Assembly (NCBI GenBank): GCA_964016885.1
Contig: OZ024742.1
Span: 26,598,001-26,662,000, forward strand
Source: Eledone cirrhosa
Lineage: Eukaryota
Reading direction: 5' to 3'
DNA: 64,000 nt
The notes below the pieces were generated by a model. That model saw nothing but the letters and a program-made list of their open reading frames with translations, did no database searches and was not told the DNA's origin. The position numbers were made by a program, and so were the translations under genes. Positions 55,590-64,000 of the stretch are shown in pieces. How positions within the stretch are numbered: the stretch's first letter is position 1; each line of letters opens with the position of its first letter.

Positions 55590-58530
55590 ATATAAGAGAC
55601 TGTTGAAGTTTGCTTGAAGAATTGTGGAATAATAAGATATATTTTCTTTAGGACGTTTTGGAAGCCTCAACAGTGCAGATGGGTAATTCTCCGGGTAACA
55701 AGATCCGGTGGTGAAGAGAGAGATGTAAGTGAATGTAGAATGAGATGTATAGTGTGTAGAAGAACGTAGGAAAGAGCGTAAAAAATAAAAATAATAACAC
55801 GAGATAGAGTTACCTTGGGAGAGATTTAATTGTCCCTGTATATTTTGGATTCACATACATCAACGGGGTGGGTTTTCCGGAGGTAGGGGGGGGGGATTTT
55901 ATCTGTCGGAAAGGTGCGAAACGTGTCCTCCGCTGTTCGTTGTTTTGAATATCTGAGGTATTCAGCAGAGCGCGCGCGCGCGTGAAATGGAGTCGGTCAA
56001 GTAGTGGTCGGCGGCCGAAATAGTTCTTTTAATTGTGGGAGTGGGGTGGCGTTAGCTGTCAATCCATTGTATTATCTGCCCATGCTGGTTTCTTTATTAT
56101 CAGTGTTGAATAGTGTGTGGTGGTGGTAGTATTATCTGTCTGTTTGGTGAATGCTACTGTCTGTGTCTGTGCGTGTGTTGTTGTCTCGCTTGCGTATGTG
56201 TGTGCGTGCGTGTGTTGTTGTCTCGTGTGTCTGTATAAGCAGTGTAGTATATTCGTATGGTGGAATGCTAGTGAGTGTGTGTGTGTGTGTGCGTGTATTG
56301 TTGTCTCGCTTGTGTACGTGTGCGTGCCTGTGTTGTTGCCTCGTTTGTTTATTTAAACCAACCACCTCATTTCGCTTCTCTTGGATCGGTTATTTATGTG
56401 TGGCCCTAGGCGTTTGATCCAAAGTGTTTCCTTGATTCGTAATGTGCCGACGTTTCTTTCCGTCACTAGAACTGTGACAATGGTCCTTCCGTCTTTGTTT
56501 CCGCATTTGGTTATGTGTTTCCGGAAAGACGAGGCCTTGGTGTTGATGTGCTCCTTGATCCGAATGTGTAGATGCTGGACTGTGCTACCTATATAGTAGT
56601 GGTTGCACTTCTTACATTCTACATTATACAAGACGTATGTGCGTAGGCAACAGTTCGTATGGCGCACCGGGCATTTTCTGAGGGAGCACGCGTCAGTCGA
56701 TTTCCCGGGTTTCCTGGAGAGGAATCTTTTCAGGGAGGGACCCGAGTGAGCCAGGTGGATGTCGAGGCCCTCCCTCCGTATAGCCTTGCGGGTAGCGTTG
56801 GTGGTATTCTCGCCCAGGTGTGGTATTTTAAGGAAGCACTTGCCTTGGGCGGTTCTCTGCCTCTTGCGTCTGGTGTCTCTTATTCTGGTTGTGAGTGAGG
56901 CAGGGTATGCGTTCGTCTAGAGCACTTTGAGGAATCGCTTTGTATGGGTGACACCACTCGCGAGATCGCTGCATCTGTTTTAATTCGCGTGATTTCTTAC
57001 CTTGAGGAATCCTCACATCTTCCCAAGAGATGGCGAACAGAATCTATGAGCCGTTCAAGAACACGGACGAGAACATTGATTTCAGTGTTGAACACCCCAG
57101 CGACGACGGGTCACTCGCCCTCCTCGACTAATAAATCAACATCACGGAACAGAGAGGGATCCACTCCAATTTCTACCCCAAGGCAGCCTGCAGAGATATG
57201 TTCGTCCCCCACAAGTCCGCCCTCCCTAACTGTGCTAAAAGAGGGTACATCACGAACGAAATCACGCGGATTAAAAACAGATGCAGCGATCCGCGACTGG
57301 TGTCACCCATACCAAGCGATTCCTGAAAGTGCTGGAGACGAATGGGTACCCTGCCTCACTCACAAACAGAATAAGAGACACGAGACGCAAGAGGCAGAGA
57401 AACGCCCAAGGCAAGAGCTTCCTTAAAATACCACACCTGGGCGAGAATACCACCAAGGCTACCCGCAAGGCTATACGGAGGGAGGGCCTCGACATCCACC
57501 TGGCCCACTCGGGCCCATCCCTGCGATGATGCCTCTCCGGGAAACCCGGGAAATCGACTGACGCGTGCTCCCTCAGAAAGTGCCCGATGCACCATACGAA
57601 CTGTTGCCTACACACATACGTCGTGTATAATGTAGAATGTAAGAAATGCAACCACTACTATATAGGTAGCAATATACGGCCGCTACACATCCGGATCAAG
57701 GAGCACATCAACACCAAGGCCTCGTCTTTCCGGAAACACATGACCAAATGCGGAAACAAAGACGGAAGGCCCATTGTCACAGTTCTAGCGGCGGAAAGAA
57801 ACGTCGGCACATTACGAATCAAGGAAGCACTTTGGATCAAACGCCTAGGGCCACACATAAATAACCGATGCGAGAGAAGCGAAATGAGGTGGTTGGTTTA
57901 AATAAACAAACGAGGCACCAGATACGCACGCACACACACACAAGCGAGAGAACAACACATGCACACACACACACAGCATTCAACCATACGAATATACTAC
58001 ACTGCTAATACAGACACACGAGGCAACAAGAAACGCCAACACATACACACACAAGCGAGACAACAACACACGCACCCCCCACACACACAGTAGCATTCAC
58101 CAAACAGGCAGAGTATACTACCACCACCACCACACACTATTTAACACTGCTCATACAGAAACGCCACCCCACTCCCATAATTAAAATAACTATTTCAGCC
58201 GCTGACCACTACTTTACCGACCCCATTTCACACGCGCGCGAACAGTGGATGACACGTTTCGCACCTTTGCGAAAGATACCCCCCGCCCACCGGAAAAAAA
58301 CCCCAGTTGATAGATGTGAATCCAAAATATATAGGGACAATTAAATCTCACCCAAGGTAAACTCTATCTCGTGTTATTTTTATTTTTTACGCTCTTTCCT
58401 ACGTTCATCTATACACTATACATCTCATTCTACCCTCACTTACATTTCCCTCTTCACCACCGGATCTTGTTACCCGGAGAATTACCCATCTGCATTGTTG
58501 AGGCTTCCAAAACGACCTAAAGAAAATATA
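55590..58530. mobile_element. Penelope/Poseidon-like PLE with two 5'-truncated inverted arms (minus ~56987-55590, plus ~56990-58530), each ending at TA repeats
   Basis: VVYNVECKKCNHYYIGS..LHIRIKEH..RIKEALWIKRLGPHIN on both strands; SLALLD and LETNGYP thumb remnants. Confidence 0.85.
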
Positions 58531-58542
58531 TATATATATATA

Positions 58543-58930
58543 TACGATATTAAATAAATGGAAACTATATTTATAAAACCATATTTATTTCATTATACAT
58601 ATGTCAGGGATACCAAATTGAAATATGGTATGCCTTCATCAGACAAAATACAATATATAAACAGTTTTATAAATAACTTTGACGTACCCTATTAGATGCA
58701 ACCATTATTTTTGGAAGCTGTCTGGTTGCATCTAATAGGGTTGCATCTAATAGGTTGCATCTAATAGGGTTGCATCTAATAAGGTACGTCAAAATTATTT
58801 ATAAAACTGTTTATATATTGTATTTTGTCTGATGAAGGCATACCATATTTTAATTTGGTATCTCTGAAATATGTATAATGAAATAAATATGGTTTTATAA
58901 ATATAGTTTCCATTTATTTAATATCGTATA
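58543..58930. mobile_element. Fold-back HHR element with four 14-15-nt tandem repeats at the turn
   Basis: Arms 58543-58703 / 58768-58930; ggttgcatctaata(g) x4 at 58724-58782. Confidence 0.85.
58823..58883 (+). ncRNA. Type I hammerhead (AUA site); inverted copy at 58588-58648 has GAAA changed to GACA
   Basis: TTTTGT-CTGATGA-AGGCATACCA...TGGTATCTCT-GAAAT ATGT ATA-ATGAAA. Confidence 0.75.
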
Positions 58931-59039
58931 TCTACTCCAAATACTTGTCGAGTGCTTTATATCAGTTATAAAATATTTACTTGTTGTATCCCAACAATTT
59001 TAAATAGAACTTTTGCATATATATATATATATATATATG

Positions 59040-59530
59040 ATATAAAATAAAATAAGTAAGTCAAACATGTAACATTTGGCTTCGTTTATTATAAATTCTC
59101 TGCTATATATATTTCGGTGACAGCTATTATTGGCTGTGACCTCTTGAGGCAGTTCGAATTGATGTGGAAAAGACAGGTCAACATGTTGTTGAAGTATGTT
59201 CCACTCACTCAATACATCGATATGTCCAGTTCCTGGGTGTGTTGTTAGTCCTCCGAGGAACTGGAATCATACTTTTCCACATCAATTCGGACTGCCTGAA
59301 GTGCTCACAGCCAATAATTGCTGTGACCGAACTATATATAGCAGAGAATTCATAATAAACGAAGACAAATTTATAATAAACGAAGCCACATTTATAATAG
59401 ACGAAGCCAAATTTTACATGTTTGACTTACTTATTTCACATTACTCCGGAGTAAACAAACCAAGCTGCGTACTTCGGCGATTGCTCCAATCTGCATACTG
59501 AGGTATCGGTAAACAACCCACATATACTAA
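59040..59530. mobile_element. Older fold-back HHR element; degenerate hammerheads at 59100-59152 (-) and 59292-59344 (+); three ~21-nt repeats
   Basis: Consensus of the two arms: CTGC-CTGAAGA-GGTCACAGC..GCTGTGACC-GAAAT ATAT ATA-GCAG. Confidence 0.7.
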
Positions 59531-60927
59531 AATATATATATGTATACTGTGGTGAAGAGAACGTAGTCATCTATGTATAAGTTTAGTGGAGAGCAACTAT
59601 AACAGAACACAACGAAACGGGTAATGAGCAGATAGATTCATTTATTGAACATCTTTAAAATAACAGCCGATATTTTCATTTCCTATACGGATATTAGAAA
59701 TTAATATTTGAGTAATAATGAAGGTAGGACATTCTACATGTTAATTAAAAAAACATTCCATCACAACATGTGTTTCGTTTGGCGTTGGAGCTTATAATTA
59801 TCCCTTTATAATACAACTATATTCTATTAATTAATCAGCTTATTTTGATATGACTATTCTCAAAAGTCTAGGGTCTGATCGAGCCTTGATGCTCATCCTG
59901 CCGGTTCTTTTCCCAGTGTCCATGGCATGAAGCAACTGTGTGTACCAGACTCTCCCCTTAGGTCACCAGTCCATCACAGGCTTAAGCCCTTAGCTATTGC
60001 TAGTACTCATTTTCAGATGAGTCTACTTGGGCAACGATAAATAAAATCTTCTGCTCAAGAACACAACACGCAAACCACCCGAGGATTGACCCCATGACAT
60101 TATGGTTGTATGTCCAACACTCTTACCACTAGTCAACACCCCTACACATTATTGCCTGTAATATATTTGTCAGGAACAGGCCTCCTCGTGCTACTGGTAA
60201 CAGGTAACTCTATACAATCTCTTTCATGGTCGGGTGTTTGGCGTTGAAAGCCACAGACCGACAGTCACTGGTCAGGTGAAGAAGTTAAGTGGAACTCCAG
60301 CATGAGCTGTTAAAAGAGAGGATGAACTGTTCCAGAATGAACGGCCATCCACACTCTCTATGAGTTAAATAGCCTCATCAATTCCCCGACATGATGAAAA
60401 TCAAACAGAAATCTGTGGTGTTCGACCGGGGAGTGGTTCCTCCAACAGATTGACAAGGCCATGCTTATGAGTGGACTGGATTTGTAATATATTATCAATA
60501 GTAACTTCATTATTATGTGTAATATTTCACCCCTTTAAATCAATCAGATTACATATACATTATGTTCTGTGGCATTTATTGCTAACCATGCTATATATTA
60601 TATTTCAACAATAGTATCACATTAGTAAATTTATCAAACTCCATTAACTACCACATACTTATTTAATGTAATATACATTATAACTTATTTTCTTCATTAT
60701 TAACCGAAATATTTCGTATGTTAACCGTATTACATTTATAAATTTAATATCATTTATATGTCCTCATACATGATCGTGGCATATAATAATTTTGATGTAT
60801 GTTATTGCATGTGCGATACATCATAACTATAATATATTTTACTATATATAACACACATTATTGACTGTTTTACTAAATTTGATATCAATCAACAGACATA
60901 TGCGTTGTTGAGTGTGATATACAAATA

Positions 60928-61028
60928 ATTGTTTCTACTTTTGGCACAAGGCCAGAAATTACTCAGTGTATTCCTGGTACTTTATTTTATCGACCCCGTC
61001 AGGATGAAAGGCAAAGTTAACTTCGGCG
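60928..61028 (-). mobile_element. 5'-truncated tRNA-derived SINE
   Basis: Reverse complement of the 3' half of the consensus. Confidence 0.8.
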
Positions 61029-61142
61029 TGTGAAATACAAATAATACTTTTCATATATTTATCTAGTTTTAACTACTTAGACAATATTGACTACAATGTA
61101 CATTAGTAAATTATGGCTTCCTCATATTAGTAACCCTCATAA

Positions 61143-61360
61143 TGGCGGTGGGCTGCCATTATCAGTAGAATGACCGACAACATATTTCGTGGCATAGTTA
61201 TGAACCTTTATGTTCTGGGTGGAAATCTCGCCGAGGTTAGCATTGCGTTTCATCCAAAAGGAGTTGATAACGTAAAATACCAGTAGCGTACTGAGGTCGA
61301 TTTAATCGACATTTCACTTCCCCCAAATTGTAGATCATGTGGCTAAATCAGGAACCATTA
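61143..61360 (+). mobile_element. Diverged tRNA-derived SINE
   Basis: tggcggtggg..gccgaggttagcattgcgtttcatcc..gataacgtaaaataccag. Confidence 0.65.
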
Positions 61361-61445
61361 TTAACTGTCATATACTCTATTAACTAAATATACATTGTGG
61401 CTTGTAATATGCAGAAACATATCCGTGGTTTCTATTTCTATTTTC

Positions 61446-61538
61446 TATTGGGTCGTCAAGTATGAAACTTGTAGAAATCTCTTTTTTTTTTTTTTTTTTG
61501 TCAAATTTCTACAAATTTTTATTCTTGACGACCCAATA
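61446..61538. mobile_element. Tiny mariner-like MITE or hairpin with a poly-T spacer
   Basis: tattgggtcgtcaag...gtagaaat / atttctac...cttgacgacccaata. Confidence 0.6.
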
Positions 61539-64000
61539 TTTTGTGTTCAAGCCTAGGGGCTGAGACTATACTGGGTCACCACCACCGATGCTACACTTTC
61601 TATAGCCAGCTTTCTGTTTGGACATTGATGCAAAAGGGTGTTTGTGGTTGCTACTATTATTTGTGCTTCGTTATATTTTGGGGGGAAATAGTTTCTGAAC
61701 ATATAATCAAAGAATAAACTAAGCGCATAGACAATGCCGTACAATTTCCAATTAGCTGTAGCAGACATATGTATTCATGTAGTGTGTACAGTCCTTTATG
61801 TAACCAAGAAATATGGCTAAAAGACTCAGCAAGTTTATGAGTAATTTGAAATTATGTCATTAAGCTAAACAAGTTTGTAATAGATTAAATCGACCATAAT
61901 TCATTCCTAATACTTATTATTTAGCTTGGAGCTCAACTTTGAAAGGTTTGAAAATACTGGAGTGTTAATAAACATCTGAATACATATTGTCTGTGGATAT
62001 TATAATGGATAACATCTATGATATCGGTTGGTTTTGCTTGGGGATCAAATCAATTGGTGATGGTTGCGCCTGACAGGAGCCGCTGTAAGGCTTACTTGAG
62101 GACTATGGCACCACGGCACTTCCAAGAAGAAAGGGAGAAGAAGAATTCTTAATTGTTCACTAGGGCCGAAACACAAAGAACAACGCAGTTGAACAGGTAT
62201 AGTAGGAATTTACATTTAATCAAACGTATGGGGAAAATAATAAAAAAAGCAGTTATCAATTTAATATAACAAATTAACACAAACAAAATTCCCCAACAGG
62301 GGCAGTAGAACTACCCAGGTGTAATTTACGAACCCATTAGTTTCGAAACCACTCTGCTCACCAAGCGCACCATAGGAAGTTACCTCTCTACTCTCCAGCC
62401 CACAGACGCATGGTCTGAGTATCCTTATTCACTCGGCCAATGCTTGCTCTATTAACACATCTTAACAAATCACCTAGGAGGCAGCCCTTCTCTCACCACC
62501 CCTGCCTCCTTTCGAAATAGAACTGGAAAAATTCGATGAGAGCCTGGCGGAAATAAGACCGGTCTGTCACCAGTCTTTTCACTACGGTCACCAGAAAGAT
62601 GAAACTGCTTGGCCTTCACGGCCAAAATAAGGTTGTGCGCTGATCTTCACGATGGATTCGCCCGATAACCGAATCCTTCATACACGCGATAATAGATGAT
62701 CAACATTTCTCCACAAGTCAGTAATGCTCGGATACTGTACAGGTGCATCCAGACTAGTTTCGTCGCTCTGCTCGCATATAAGACATGCCTGTCTTACAGC
62801 ACTTTCGTCCCTCTAGAGTTTGTCTCAACGGCACTGACAGGCGAAGAAATTCTAGAAATGTTTCGTAGTCCTAGGAAAAAATGTTCTACGGAATGATAAT
62901 AATAATTTCAATCTAGTATAAATTTATATCCATGTGTCCAATTCCCACATGTTTTAACGACAGTCACGCTACTTTAGGAATATGAAATTCCATAACCTCA
63001 ATTTCTGTTTCACTTATGAAAAAGTCTGTGCTTTCTACCTAATAAAGGATCAATGTTTTGTAATCATAAGCCTGTCTATATTGTGTTAAGTCGATGTCCT
63101 TTGTTCCTTTCACCCGTTTTTATAACATGGAATTAAAGGTTTAATAAAGATTTTTGCACTAATGCAGTTTATTATATATCACTGGGAAATACTTTTCACA
63201 ATATATAATATATAGTAGTGCGATAGTTCTTTTGAAAAATTTGTTTCAATTGTACATACATTCTATGCTTATAATGTTCCGTTATGGTTTCGTTCTTTTC
63301 AATAATACATTCGACATTAAAACCTGTACTTTTCAGAATATCTGGTGTCTCTGGAGTAGATAAAACACGCTTGCGATTACCAAAGTCAAGAGATAATCAA
63401 TGCGAGAGAAAGAGAGAAAGCAATAGCCAATGTAGTCTACAAAGAAGACAAAGAAAGCAATGAAATAAAAGTTGTTTAATATAAATGCTGTAGCTAAAGG
63501 TGAGGAGGTGAGATAGGAGAGTAGTAATATAGGAGAAAGGCTGCGAGAAGATGGCGCTCAGATATGAACTTAATGAAGCGGTTTATTAGAAGTTCAAATA
63601 CAAGCTTGCTTTAGAGCGGTGATTAAAGTATAAAACGGTTGTTTAACAAGAGAACATCAATTACGTGAATACCAACCATTTATCAACAGTACAAAGGTTT
63701 ATGGACATAGCAACACATTGCAGAGGTGAATGAGAAAGCTTATCGATTGCAAAGAAAAACACACGCTATGTAACAAAATACGAATTATTTCATGTTACAT
63801 ACCAGTATGTATCATGGTACTGCATGTTTTATACAACTGAATCAAGATATTCAAGGATAAACACTTTAAATGAAATTCTTTTTTTTTCTTCTATTCTTAC
63901 GGTTCGTGTAATCTCACCAGTATTGCATGGTATCCATGACAAAGCTGAAGCATATCTATCAGCAGCCCAGTACACTAGACTAGAAATAAATACGCCGTAA

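Noticed and set aside
55640-55680. CTGTTGA-GG ctt CC-AAAAC as the HHR of the Poseidon-like element
   Set aside because: Two core mismatches in both arms and no stem I
58724-58782. CRISPR-like or telomeric repeat array
   Set aside because: No spacers, eukaryotic context, and not TTAGGG
60150-60215. HDV-like ribozyme (cctcctcgtg L3-like motif) at an RTE-like 5' end
   Set aside because: P1, P2 and P4 could not be built in the required order
62150-62800. Possible solo LTR
   Set aside because: GC-richer repeat-like block, but no TSD or partner LTR could be identified

Overview
AT-rich eukaryotic DNA full of (TA)n/(CA)n microsatellites. I found no supportable host gene. The recurring tRNA-derived SINE (it translates as 'AEVNFAFHP.GVDKIKYQ') suggests an octopus or other cephalopod intronic/intergenic region (inference). 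The window is dominated by Penelope-like retroelements (PLEs; RT plus C-terminal GIY-YIG endonuclease) from several families. Nearly all sit in (TA)n and most have a two-armed inverted architecture. It also holds short non-coding fold-back and partial-tandem elements, RTE/CR1/CRE LINE fragments, SINEs, MITEs and a non-autonomous Helitron. Folding by eye finds type I hammerhead ribozymes (HHRs) in about a dozen distinct repeat families, including U3-A8 core variants and long stem II insertions. The top candidate novelty lies in two diverged non-coding partial-tandem elements (4978-5620 and 21726-22440, ~520-530 bp units, minus strand). They share a ~100-nt motif containing all three hammerhead core strands in non-circularly permuted order, held by a kink-turn, a pseudoknot and a four-way junction, with compensatory changes between the families. 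All RNA folds are manual and untested.
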